42,372 nt of DNA from Tubiluchus corallicola (Eukaryota > Animalia > Priapulida): contig JAQGDQ010001405.1 in NCBI GenBank assembly GCA_030141605.1, forward strand, positions 1-42,372, given 5' to 3'. Positions within the stretch are counted from its first letter, which is position 1. Each line of letters begins with the position of its first letter. The position numbers and the translations under genes were made by a program. The notes beneath the pieces were generated by a model. It had not been told where the DNA came from. It searched no databases and saw only the letters and a list, made by a program, of their open reading frames with translations. Shown piece after piece: positions 1-11,953 of the stretch.

Positions 1-174
1 GTGTTACACCATCATCGTTACCACTGCCAGCAGCAGCATCATAACAGTGTTACACCATCATCGTTACCACTGCCAGCACCAGCGTCATAACAGTATTACA
101 CCATCATCGTTACCACTGTCAGCAGCAGCGTTATAACAGTGTTACACCATCATCGCTACCACTGCCAGCAGCAG
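1..174. repeat. 46-bp tandem repeat, about 3.8 copies (may continue left of the window)
   Basis: Unit gtgttacaccatcatcgttaccactgccagcagcagcatcataaca restarts at 1, 47, 93 and 139 with a few substitutions. Confidence 0.9.
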
Positions 175-1024
175 TAATAGGAGCATCAAGAAGGAAGATT
201 CTCACTCCTTACTGCGGGCCTCACGCAAAACCAAACCATTGCTACAAGATGAGTGGCGGCTCGTGTATATGTACTGCAGCGCCCCCTGTTTTCACTCATT
301 ATGATCGATAACATTCAATATAATAAGTTTTTTCTTTAGTACTTTTTTATACTTGTGCGGAACCGGAGAACGTGAAGGAAGTACAATTTGTTCACAGCGC
401 AAGCAACATTGTGTTTGGCTGATGTGCGCATGCGGCCATGCGCACATGTTTGAGGTAAGACGTTGTACTTTAGAGGTAGAAGGCGTACTGTCGCCCACAG
501 CGGTACATGTTGTAAGTTGTCATGTGCATAAAAGCGGTGTATCGGCATATTCTTGAACTGAGACAATTTAGGCTATTCGTAAGAAAACAATATTTTTTGT
601 TTGGGAGTTTGTCAAGGTTATGTTTAAATTTGCTTGTTTGTTTGTTTAAAATCACAATTACAGCATTAAAATTACACATATGTTTGTTTCGTTTTATACA
701 GTATTAAGACAATGACCAAAAATTGTAAATTTTCCTGCACCGCCACTAATTTTAGCTACGAGGCGCCACAGTACAAGATGTTCTTTCCAGTGACGTCACT
801 GCCTTGTTTTCGTCTCACTTTCATAAGTTCTGTAAAAAATGGGAGAAAATGATCATTTTCCCAAAAAGAAGCCAAGTTGACGGTGCATGGCGAGTTGGAG
901 ACCTTTCAGGTTTTGCTGAAAGAATTCTTAAATGTGTCTACGTGGGTTAATACTCACATATAAAACTTTAGCTGTCACACTTTATTAATTATAATCCTTT
1001 ATGAACGTTTTAATAAACAAAACT

Positions 1025-1235
1025 TTCCAAGTACGAAATTTTCCTAGTACCAAAAAATTCTTTGAACAAGGTGCAAAATATATAGTGCCCAAATATACCT
1101 GTACCAAAATTACCACGTACTAAAAATTCTTAGTAACAAAATTACCACGTACTAAAAATTCCTAGTACCAAATTTACCAGTGCCAAACATTCCTCATACC
1201 AGGTTTGCCTGAACCAAACTTACGTTTACCAAACT
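1025..1235. repeat. Degenerate short-period array (taccaaaattacc/ttcctagtacc variants), probably the subterminal array of a non-autonomous DNA transposon
   Basis: Recurring motifs taccaaa(a)tt, ttaccacgtactaaaa and ttcctagtacc; element termini were not identified. Confidence 0.5.
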
Positions 1236-2970
1236 TTACTACATTCGAGAACATGACAGAGAGTGTTTAAAGTTCTTGGGTAAATAAGTCGTGGATTTCT
1301 GTTTTATTCTTATTATTTTTAAAGCGGATTTAACCTGATGCGATCTCTCTGCATTGTAAAGCCATACTAAAGAATGAGGGAATGTTGTTAAGACGCTCTT
1401 AATTACTGCCCAATAAAAATTCTCCATCACAGCAGAGCTAATGTTATGTTTGCATATTAACACACACAAGACCCACACGATTCATGCCACACCGTCTGTG
1501 CACCACACCACTGATGTCACACCTTTGAAACTGTGTGTGCTATGACATACGCTAATGATCAATAATGGACGAACATTCTACATAGTTTTCGCTTACTGCT
1601 TCTCAGGCTCTGTGGGCAACAGGCTCAAGCAGCGTTTATCAGACATGCGTTATGCGCATGCGTTATTTGACTATAGACAAAACCACTTTATATTTTCAAT
1701 GCGCCCATCTAACATGCTACTGTATGTGTTTCGAATTATAAAAAAGACAGTCTCAAATCATTTGTTGGCGTTGGGAAATGATTTAATGTTTGCGGTTAGT
1801 TGCAAGAAAGTTTTTCAAATGTTATTCCTCCTTTCTGATCTTAATTATTGTCTATTACTAAATAGGTTCCGTAATAATGCAGAAACAAATTGATGTAGAA
1901 GTTTGCAGTTTAACCCCAGCTAATAATTGTAATTATCTCAATATAAAGGAAAATGTGTCTAAAATGGTATGTCTTTTGGCATTCCATTTGTCGTCCAGTG
2001 GCCGCCTCTCGCAAATTCTAAATATGCCTCCTACACCCACCTTTAACGGGCTATCTATCCGTTGCCAGCACCACCCATGGCCCATTCCCGTTCTCTACAT
2101 CTCAGCGGTATAAGATTTGCAAAAAAACGGCCGAAAAATGGCCATTTTTGGAGGTTTTTCGCCCCCCGTTCGTCCCGGTGAGCCCGATTTAAAAAATAAA
2201 CCCCCAATGGCAAGACACTAGATCAAGACCTTTCGTTTGATGCATAGAGCTGTAGCCTCGAATCTTATATATATATATATATACCAGTAGAATTAATATA
2301 TGCAATTTATCAATATTATGACATCTAAGCCCAGACCTTTTGGTAATATACATGTTTAACAAAAATAATAATATTAGCAAAGTAAATTTTCTGAATTGCA
2401 AACAGCTTCATGAATTTTACCCTATCAAATGCTTGACTCGCTTCAAGTAATGCATATACGGTAGCTTATATCATACAAATCATACAAGGTAATCTTCGTC
2501 TAACAAGTTTATAAATTTCTGGAAGCGTTTCATTACATAAGAAAATATGACTTAGCATTATCTTAACTTGTGAATTTTTTTATATAAAATTTTGTTTAAC
2601 AAAAAAGCGTAATGTATTACGTGGCGCTGAGCAGACACCTGGCATAACTTGCCATTGATTTATCATCAACATCGTCGTCATCATTTAGACTACTTTAATC
2701 TCTCTTATGCGGAAATTACAGGAGCCTGCCGAGATTTCTGATGTCTCCTCGCCTATAAAGAAAAAAGGCAAAAAAATTACCATGGTCTTATGCTGGTACA
2801 AATATCTCAAAGGCTTTGGTAAAGCGAAAAAAATCGTACTAACTACAACACAAGCAAAATACAAAAAAGTTAACAATACAAGGATTAGCTATAACTACTA
2901 ATTACTGCGAAAGTTTTTCTTGCCTGCTTAATATAATTAAATGGAATTATATTTGATTTGAAATAAGAAA

Positions 2971-4079
2971 ATGAATAAAAAAACAGCAACATGCATATGG
3001 ATTTTTTGCCTGGTTTTAGTTTCTTTGTGCACAATTAACATACCATGGAAACTAGTGGAGAAAGCTGGGAAACTTAGAAACATTAGCTTCTTTCAAGATC
3101 CAAGCACACAAATAAATAAAAAAGTTATACTGCTCTGGAATTGGTACAATCACAGTCCGTTCTTCTGGGAGCGATTTGAAAATCCTTTTTCTCGTCTGTG
3201 TCCCGATCACCAAAGAAACTGTGAAATTACGCATGACAAATCTCGATTGAACGAAAGTGCTGCAGTGGTTGTACATATGAGGATAGGAAAAGAGTTTCCA
3301 ACAGATCCTTTTCCTAGTTCAAGGCCATCATGGCAACGATGGATTTTTTTGTTACTGAAAGTCCCAGCAGAATGAAACTTGCAACACGTGGTAAAAATCC
3401 AGATTTGACACATTTAAACAACATATTTAACTTGACTATGACATATCGTCAAGATTCAGATATTCCGCGTTTGCATGGCAGAGTTGTTAGAAAAAAGGAA
3501 ACGATTGCGACCGTACCACAAGGAAAAACGAAACTTGTTGCATGGTTTGTAAGTAACTGCAAAACAGACTATACAGACCGCATGGAATATGTTAAAGAAT
3601 TAAAGAAGTATGTAAAAGTGGATGTTTATGGTAAATGTGGTGAACTAACATGTGTGGAAAAGAGTTCTTGCAAGGAAATCTTGAAAAGGAACTACAAGTT
3701 CTATTTGTCGTTCGAAAATTCTTTCTGCCGCGACTACATAACTGAAAAAGTGTACAATATGTTGATGTATGACGTTGTACCAGTTGTCAGAGGAAGTGCG
3801 GACTACAGTAAACTAACACCCCCTCATTCAGTTATCAACACTGCTGAGTTTGCATCACCAAAACACCTTGCCAAATATTTACTATACTTAGACAAAAATG
3901 ACACTGAATATTTAAAATATTTTCATTGGAAGAAATATTATGGCGTCAAATGAAAAGGTGATGAAAGTTTTTGCCTTTTGTGTGAAAAATTGAACAACCC
4001 GTATGAACCCCAGAAAGTTTACGATATTCATGACTGGTGGGTTGTGCAGGGAAATTGTGTGAGAGCTAAAAGACATTAG
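2971..4079 (+). pseudogene. Alpha-(1,3)-fucosyltransferase (CAZy GT10), intronless, interrupted by a frameshift (T7 at 3344-3350) and an in-frame TGA (3951-3953); repaired length about 369 aa
   Basis: ORF 2971-3375 gives a type II signal-anchor, ILLWNW, C..NCEITHDKSRLNESAAVVVH and RPSWQRWIF. The -1 frame continues FVTESP..FNLTMTYRQDSDI..VAWFVSNC..VDVYGKCG..YKFYLSFENSFCRDYITEKVY (alpha-1,3-FUT motif). After the TGA the same frame reads KGDESFCLLCEKLNNPYEPQKVYDIHDWWVVQGNCVRAKRH then TAG at 4077-4079. Family identity is strong; pseudogene versus assembly error is unresolved. Confidence 0.85.
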
Positions 4080-4199
4080 ATGTTTGTTATTAAAGCGGTA
4101 CAAGAAAACGGAATTTCGGTGTCCATTAGTTGTGTTATTTCACATCACTGTTTTCTGGATATTTTATTGCATTTTAACAGTTGCTCCCATTGATGACAT

Positions 4200-4315
4200 C
4201 TAATGCTTCCTGACTAATATATACATCATCTGCACACATAGACTACAAACCCATAGTGCACCAAAGTCTGGAATCGAACCTGCCTGTATTAAAAAGGCTG
4301 AATCACTACTGCCAA
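4200..4315 (-). mobile_element. Possible tRNA-derived SINE head
   Basis: The minus strand has A-box-like TGGCAGTAGTGA followed about 20 nt later by a B-box GGTTCGATTCC (4270-4280). No cloverleaf is apparent. Confidence 0.3.
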
Positions 4316-4499
4316 AATTCCTAGAAAACCATAAGTTTCTTTTCTGTCAAACCTATAATGTCACTCTTTCTCTTGTTTCATTTTCCATTATTTTGTCAGC
4401 AAAAAGACAATATCTACCGTGGCGTGCCTCGCGTTTTTTATTCAAGATAGCAGCGGTCAAGTTTTTTTTATTTTAATATGGCGCAGCCTTTGCTTTTCA

Positions 4500-4612
4500 T
4501 ATCAAGATGGTAGCACACATGTTTTTCAGTTCAAAATGGCAGCACACATGTTTTTCAGTTCAAAATGGCAGCACACATGTTTTTCAGTTCAAAATGGCAG
4601 CACACTTGTTTT
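4500..4612. repeat. 29-bp tandem repeat, about 3.5-4 copies
   Basis: Unit gcacacatgtttttcagttcaaaatggca starts at 4513, 4542 and 4571, with a partial copy at 4600. Confidence 0.9.
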
Positions 4613-6256
4613 TAAATTAAAGAATATGGTATACACTTTTTTCTATTGTGTTTCCATTATCACATCTTAGTTGTACATTGGCTAAATGCAAAAGGTTTCT
4701 TCCCGGGCGTCCTTAGTTGCACATTAGAGCAAGAGTTGTCCTTGAATAGTTTTCTGAATTTGTTGCTTATTGTGAAGTGCCGTTGTCTACGTATAACTGT
4801 AGATCAACGAAAGCCACAATTATATACTTTCATTGCTCATGTTGTCGGGTTTTACAAATAAGAAAAATAATATTTTTATGTAAAAATGGGCACAACATGT
4901 GGTCATCATATAAAAACAGAACTTCTAGCAGATTAAAGTCGCCTAATCTGGCGTGTTTTTACAATAAAAGTATTTTGTAAGTAAGGCAGACCAACATTTA
5001 TTGCGAGCTGTATTGCTGACCATGTTTTCAGTTATTGCCACAAAAATCTTTACACTAACATCCAATATGTTGCTCTATTCTTGCTCTTGTGGGTTGTTTA
5101 CACATCTGCTAAATGCACAATTACAGGGGGCATATTTATTAAAGTTTCCACGGTTGTAAAAATTTCGCAAAGTTTGATGGAATCTCGAGAAAGGGCGCAA
5201 ATAGGACGCTTTCTAGGAGCTGCCTACCTAACGGAGTCAAGGTCTGTTTCACTGCTGCTTTTTAAAAGTTGATTGTTGATCCTATGGGGAGTTCGTGCTA
5301 AATCAGTATGCCCCAATTATAATGATGATCGAAGTAATGCGGCTTCAACAAATAGTCTCATTGCCTATTTTTCACAAATAAAATGTGATTTGTTTTCCTT
5401 GGTAATATCGATGACCTTTCGTGTAGCTGCAACAAATCGACTGAGAGTCCTCGCCATTACTTTTTCGAGTTTTCAAACTATACACAGAACACCATTATTG
5501 GATCAAGCATATTATTATCAACAAATAACTCAAAAGTGACACACCAACCCTAAACCTGCTATTATGTACAACGACATTTATTATAAACTCAGTTCAGGTC
5601 ATCCATCCAGTCACATTTTCGTCAAATTGTTGTAGAACTGCATAAAGTCTACTAAACGTTTTTTTTCTAATTGATTGTATGTGTAATTATTACGTATATT
5701 GAACTGTAACCTGGGTTATTTTGAATTTTGGGCTTTTTAATTAAACACCAATTATTGAGTAATCATAATTTCGTATAACTAAGAGGACGACGTACATTGT
5801 TAGTTGTTTCTGGTATCACTTCTGTAGTCTGTAGGCTTTGTATATTTCAACTTTAGTGTTAACAGATGGATTACTTGTGTTTTGAACTAACTATCTATGT
5901 AACTATATTCTTGATAAAAATTTGCATGTAATACATTTGTTGCACAGTGGAAAAATTCCAACCAGTAATATTAGTGTGCTACTTTAAATCCACTTAAAAT
6001 AAATAAAGTCTATATAAATAACTTTTGAAATTTCAAATTTAAATGCGCGAGCGAAAACCGCTGCGCAGATAAGGCCCGTACTTTAGCAACTTGCTCCTCT
6101 ACAGGTTAAATAAGATGCTTTTTACTGAAAAAGGGAAACGGCGTCTTATCGTGCATGCGTTAAGTAAAGAAGTGAAACTGTTTAATAAGAAAGAAGAATT
6201 GATAGAACGGAGTTAGAGTTACCTTACTCTTCATCATCAGTGATCGCGTCATTAAA

Positions 6257-7126
6257 ATGTTTAGGCGCCGTTTCTTAAAAACACTTACAATAACTCTGTG
6301 TAGTATTTGGACCTTTATTTTTGTGTCTAGGCGTTATGCCTCTTTAAGTCTGTTAATTAACAGCAATTTTGCAGGTGAAAATGAATTACCAAGTAAAACT
6401 GCAGTTCAGAATATTAACACAAATCGTTTTAATGAAAAAGAAAAAACTTTTGTAAAACTAAACGTACAGAAGACGATGTTTTTTGATACAGTGAGTAAAA
6501 CTAATATTTCCTACACTAAAGTATTAAACTACATTGTACGAGATAGACGATTTCCTCGAGAAAGAACAATGACCATTGCAACGCAAACATCTTGGCATTT
6601 TATGCATCACTTGGTGGATTTGGCTGAGAGGTTTGATGGACCAATTTCAGCAGCTTTATATACACCTGATGACAGTTTTGATTTCATAATGAACAGAATA
6701 AATCTATATCGAAGATGTCATTTATATTTCAAGCGGCTAGTCTCAGTTTCTCTCTTCTTTCCCACGAATTCGCCTCCTATTAGTGAAAAAAACAAAAGGG
6801 AAGTTCAGCTAAATTGTGACCACATCTCTTTGCCACCATCCAATGGTCCTGACGTGTCACAATACGGAACTTATCCAATAAACGTTGGGAGAAATGCAGC
6901 TCGTTTAGCCGTCTATACAGAATTTGTTTTGCTGCTGGATGTGGAACTGAAACCTACTCCACACTTGATGGAAAAATTTTTTGGCATGTTGAACAGAAAA
7001 CCAACACCTCAAAAAACCGTGTACGTTCTTCAAGCTTTTGAAATTGCTGACGATCAAGTAATACCTAAAAACAAAGAGGAATTGCGAAAAATGATAATGC
7101 ATGGAAACGCTGTGCCATTCCACCAG
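6257..7126 (+). CDS. B4GAT1: Beta-1,4-glucuronyltransferase 1-like (GT49), coding exon 1 of 3
   Basis: aaaATG start; basic N-tail plus TM anchor (MFRRRFLKTLTITLCSIWTFIFVS). GT49 motifs: TIATQTS..LVDLAERFDGPISAALY, YPINVGRNAAR, VLLLDVELKP, VYVLQAFEI, AVPFHQ. Donor CAG|GTAAAT after 7126, phase 0. The symbol denotes a family-level homologue; orthology is not tested. Confidence 0.9.
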
Positions 7127-8224
7127 GTAAATACTTTTGTGTTCTGTCTTTTATGTATAAAGACTGTCCAGTTGTACTGTTATTTCACACTCTCTTGCGT
7201 CTTCTAAACCCTTTAACAGGGTGATGACTGAGAGGTAGGCCGGTTGTGGTTTTTACATTGAACAATTCATTTATGCCACAAGATTTCATAATCGAGTGGT
7301 CTCGTAAACATTAAAAAACAATTTTAAAGCACCACTTTTCACTAATACTGTAATTAGATATATGCATTGCATATTGCTGAAACGGATTATTACAAAACAA
7401 CTTACTTATTATACAGAGTAAGGAGTATGCTGCGGTTTTTGTTATACGCTTTATCAAAGCTAAAAGACACCTTATGGCTTACTGATTGTGGCTTCTTACG
7501 ACATTCTCTGTACGTCACTGACTTTTATGTTTTTAGCGACTTAAAACTGAAAATAAAGCGAAACGATGTGGGACAATAGCTTCAAATGTGAAATTGTTGA
7601 ATTTAATAATTTCCTTGTTGTAAAGTAAGATAAAATCAGTAATGAGCAAAACCAGCTTTTTTAAAATGGGACAGGAATCTCGATCTTTTGAACTTTGAAC
7701 GTAACGAAAACATTGTTATCAGGTCGAAATGCCCATCGTTTTCGACCCTCCTCTAATTTGTGGCGGACTGATTAGTACGAAGCAATTGCGTAGTGGCATT
7801 GAATGCCTGATATAAAACAGGGATTAAAAAATTGCCTCGTCGGCATGTAAGTGTTTTATCTCAGCACCTGTTCCGTAATGACAAAGCGCATAGAGCACTA
7901 TGACTTAGATATCTGCCGAATTATTTGCAGTTATTTAAATGCATTACTTCGCTTCGTTTTACACATTTCGACATTTTTGGAACAAGTACGCCGTTGAACA
8001 TGCATATCATACCAGGCGGTTTCGTTGCACTGGAAGCCAGTACTGAAGGCAGTAGACGTAAGCTGCCCTCAGCAGAAGGTTTTAAAACTCATTTCAGTTC
8101 TGTTTATTTTATTTGTCCCTTTCGTTTTTGTAATGTTAAAAGTACAAAAGTTTAATAAAGCGTTATGAAGGCGGAGTGGTGAACAAACAATCTTCTAGTC
8201 ACCTCTATAGTTTAACCAGTTGTG

Positions 8225-8660
8225 CATTGACAAACTTTGAACAATGTATATATTACTTACTTATAACACCGAGCATTGAATATGGAGTTGTACCGTGCAA
8301 AAAATCATTCTCAACAAAACAAAGATAAATTGAAAAAAAAGTACAACATGAAGCAGTCAGAGTTGTGACAGGGCTATCAGACGTACTAGTCATGTAATAA
8401 ATTATAATGAATGTAAATGGGAAACATTACAGAGTCGCACCTCTAATCATAAGCCTACAGTATAATATTACAAAAGGATTGGTACTTAATACATTGGAAG
8501 CTTCGTTACAAGTGCCACAGGAAACGAGAGCTAGATACAAATTGAGGAATTTATATGACATACCATTGTTCAAAACAATTACTTAAATTTGTCATGAATC
8601 ATTTTTTCTTGAGAGACTGCATGTTTCTACGAGGAATAATCTGTCTGTGGATGTCAGTGA
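8225..8660 (+). mobile_element. Decayed 3' part of a non-LTR retrotransposon ORF2 (CR1/L2-like) in intron 1
   Basis: Frame-broken peptides PSIEYG, KVQHEAVRVVTG, YNECKWETLQSR and RYKLRN match the usual post-RT LINE motifs (P.LEY..., LE.VQ..A.R.VTG, L.W.TL..RR, Y.LRN). Confidence 0.65.
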
Positions 8661-10234
8661 ACAAACTACTGTGATGACCCTGAACTTTTACTTCCTAAAG
8701 AGGGGCATGCTGCGATAGTTTTACATCTCATAACAGAAGGGAGCTAGTAACATAGTTACAAAAGTATGGATGCCCAAGGCGGATGTTAAAATATGGGGGA
8801 CTATGGCCTATTTGCACTGTGTACACTAATGGATCTGAAGAAAAGTGATTAACTGGCAGATATTAAAATAATTAATCAAAAAATTTAATCGTCAACAAAT
8901 TCCAAAGTGATTCAGTTTAAGCAAAAGTTCAGTTATAACAAAAATATAGCAATATTGACAAAGCTTGGGGTTAGTAGGGTATATACACGTTTGCATAAAG
9001 TTCATGTCTGCCCACTATGTACCTAGGATTTTTTGGAACACTTTTCCTTTAAAGCGAACAGTTTATAGGACGGTAGCAGTACGTCGTAATATAACCTCTG
9101 CGTCTGAATACAGTTGTGATTCCAAACTTCGTCAGAGAAACTACCAATTGGTCTTTACCCAGCAAGTAGCATCGAAGAACATTAGGCTAGTATATGTGAT
9201 GTTTACGTTATCAGTGCGACGTTAGTTACGATCGTAGCTAAAGCGAAAAGTGCCTGTTACCACCCTGGATGTGGTTCTGTAGTAGGTCGATTCATTTGTC
9301 AGTCAGTGGCTAACTCTACTACTGCAGACTGCAAGCCAGCATCTCCGGACAACTCTGGTTGACGACTACAGGTTACAACAACTAGGCTCTCACAGTATCA
9401 CCATGTACATTACACACCATATCTTGTGTGAAACTTTCTAGTGTGACATTTCTCTTCAAAGACATATAACTTCACAGAGACGAGTAAACGACCTGTTTCG
9501 TTCTGTGTCAAGTTGCCGTCTATATCTAAACAGTGTTGAACGAAGTTCATCGAGAAGCCACTCGCTTAAACAGCTATAATTTTATTCACCTGTGTACTAT
9601 CGTTAACCTTCACTTAGCCACTGCATTATAGCCGCGATAGGGAAGACAAGAGTGGATCAGACTAAATTTAAAAGGGGGTTTGTTAGTAGGTGCCTAAATC
9701 TTAAGAAAATATCAACAATTGAAAATGCAATTAACTATCACTGCCAGTAGCTAAATATCATACATGTCAATTAATTAAACATGGAGTATGAATAGGGCTT
9801 AATGTTGCATAAGCATTATGTGAGAACTGCTAAATGTATGGCGAAACATAGAACTACATTAATAGATTTAAAAACGTATAGCCGATGATGTAAATCCGTA
9901 GACGGTAGGTACCTACAAAACCTAAGGGTGCCTGCTATCTAAGGGAAGGCGAGAAATTCAGATGTGCTTAACTAGCAGATGCCGCGTCCCAGTTTGACGC
10001 ATGTAAAAAGCAAGCTTTGATTTTTATTGACTTTTGTTCATATGACTTCTTAGTTTTGTGATAACCAGCTTCATTGGTTACCTTGACTGTTCAGGCTAAC
10101 ATAATATGTGATGGAGCTCTACCAACAAGATCACTGCTGCCAAGAAAGTCAATTGATGCATAGTTAAAAAATATGTTTCGGTTTACTCTAATAGTGCGTC
10201 ATTTAATCTTTCTATCGATTAACTGCTTTTAGTT

Positions 10235-10443
10235 TTACTTTTTCTTTTACTTTTGCTATTGCTATTGCTATTATTATCACTATCATTATCACTATCACTA
10301 TCACTATCACTATCACTATCACTATCACTATCACTATCACTATCACTATCACTATCACTATCACTATCACTATTGCATTTACCATTACCATTACCATTAC
10401 CATTACCATTACCATTACCATTACCATTACTATTACTACTTTT
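10235..10443. repeat. Compound hexanucleotide microsatellite (CTATTG)n(CTATCA)n(TTACCA)n
   Basis: Directly visible; it produces the spurious low-complexity ORFs 10212-10427 and 10253-10450. Confidence 0.95.
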
Positions 10444-10467
10444 TATATGAATATTTCACATTTACAG

Positions 10468-10594
10468 AATACTTGCAAGGAATGTCACACAACTCCACAC
10501 TATAAACTATGGCTAAATTCGTCTGTATCACCTAATTTGAGTGAGTTTTTTATAACGAAATGGATTCCACTCGTATGGGAACCTGTATACATAG
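10468..10594 (+). CDS. B4GAT1: B4GAT1-like coding exon 2 of 3
   Basis: Acceptor tttacAG (10466-10467), phase 0. Encodes NTCKECHTTPHYKLWL..WEPVYI (GT49 C..CH..W and WEP.Y motifs). Donor G|GTAACT after 10594, phase 1. Confidence 0.9.
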
Positions 10595-11199
10595 GTAACT
10601 ATGAATTACATGTATTATTACTAAATAACACAAGATTTTTATTAATATTTTTAACAGATTAAAACATTCACAAGACCTTTCAATAATTTTCGCAAAGGCA
10701 ACAGTCCCTGATTTTTTTCCTTGTTGCCGCCATTACGCGTTTGAGCTGCTTTTGAAGCAACACGTTTATTGCAGCAAGTCTGAGATCTCATGAAATCAGT
10801 TTGTTATTTTAATGCCGCCTCAAACAAAGTGCTTTTTCGTAAAATGACGTAAGCTTGTGAGTGCTAGGCAGCGTGAATGCTGTGAAGGCAAGCTGTGATA
10901 AATTTACGCGTTTAGAAATTTCTACAGTTCACTCAGAAGTTGAATTATTCTAGCGTTTGTTTTAACTGTGTTTATGTAAAAATTCGTCATTTGATCAATT
11001 ATGACAAAGGTTAAAGTGGTTATACAGCTTTAATCCACAGGATTATACAGTAAAATGTGTGAGTAATATACATTAATGGTTGACTTTCAGATAGAGTAAG
11101 TAGCCGAGCATACAGTAGGTACCGGATAGGCTACTTTATTTCTAGAGATTGCTCTATAAGTAAAAAAAATAGCTGAAGCACTTGCCAAAATAACTGTTT

Positions 11200-11395
11200 A
11201 TATTGCACGGTAACCAGATGACGTCATTTTTCACCAAAATGAGCGCGCCCAAGCATGAAGCGATCGAGATTTTTAATTGAAATTATTAATTACACGAGGT
11301 GCTTATCACAATTTCATTGCTGAAATTTTCTAACATTTTTTTCAAACATTAGAATAAGCTTAACTTCCCGAGAGACTTGGCTTTTGTTTTAAGGC
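11200..11395. repeat. Dispersed repeat (DNA-transposon/MITE-like fragment); inverted diverged copy at about 32430-32620
   Basis: gatgacgtcatttttca..gcgcccaagc..tgcttatcacaattt..ttgctgaaattttctaacattttt..cttcccgagagacttg recurs as its reverse complement at 32430-32620. Confidence 0.8.
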
Positions 11396-11953
11396 CTCAG
11401 ACAACGGCATGCGGCCATGCTGGGTTAAAAGTTTATCATTTACTGTTTACAATTTCTGCTGTTATGTCTCTAATAATTCTTCACTATTAAATTTGTGATA
11501 AACAAAGCAATCGGAACCATATAATTTGCAAAAGGCTTATATATTTTTATTTTCTTCTGGCAAAATCTCATAAAATGGAATAATTTTTGTTGAACTTTTA
11601 TCAAGATTTTTGTCAAATTTTTGCAATTAAGTTAGAAGGTACTGTAGCTAGAACCGCCCAAACTACTGGTTAAACCTATAGCCAGTTCACGAACAATGAT
11701 ACTAACTTTTTCACCTTCAGCAAAAATATCAATGTTCGCAAACTTTCACTTCCTGATCCACTATAGTACGGATTACAGCTATCGTGCACTCATGTTATTT
11801 TTCCAGTTAAATTGCATTTTATGGTACTTTCCACGCTGCCTTTCAAATCACCTTGCAGAAACTTGATTTTAGGACTTTTTCATAAACTGCTCTCTAAATT
11901 ATTTCTACTACTTTTTACAGTAACGATGTTCTAGCATTTTTCACATTTTGCAG

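Noticed and set aside
274-290. CTCF-like motif ctgcagcgccccctg (also ccatctagcggc at about 19343)
   Set aside because: Short motif matches are common in invertebrate repeats; no supporting evidence.
4080-4400. SECIS element making the fucosyltransferase TGA a selenocysteine codon
   Set aside because: No AUGA/AA/GA arrangement with correct spacing was seen by eye, and the TGA is not at a conserved Cys position; a formal search was not run.
7127-7207. C-terminal 26 codons of the 316-aa ORF as part of the protein
   Set aside because: This is intron read-through; GT49 similarity resumes in exon 2 after a canonical GT donor at 7127.
8670-10200. Possible solo LTR(s) in intron 1 (purine tracts followed by TG at about 8700 and 9675)
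   Set aside because: No matching second LTR, TG..CA boundary pair or TSD could be established.
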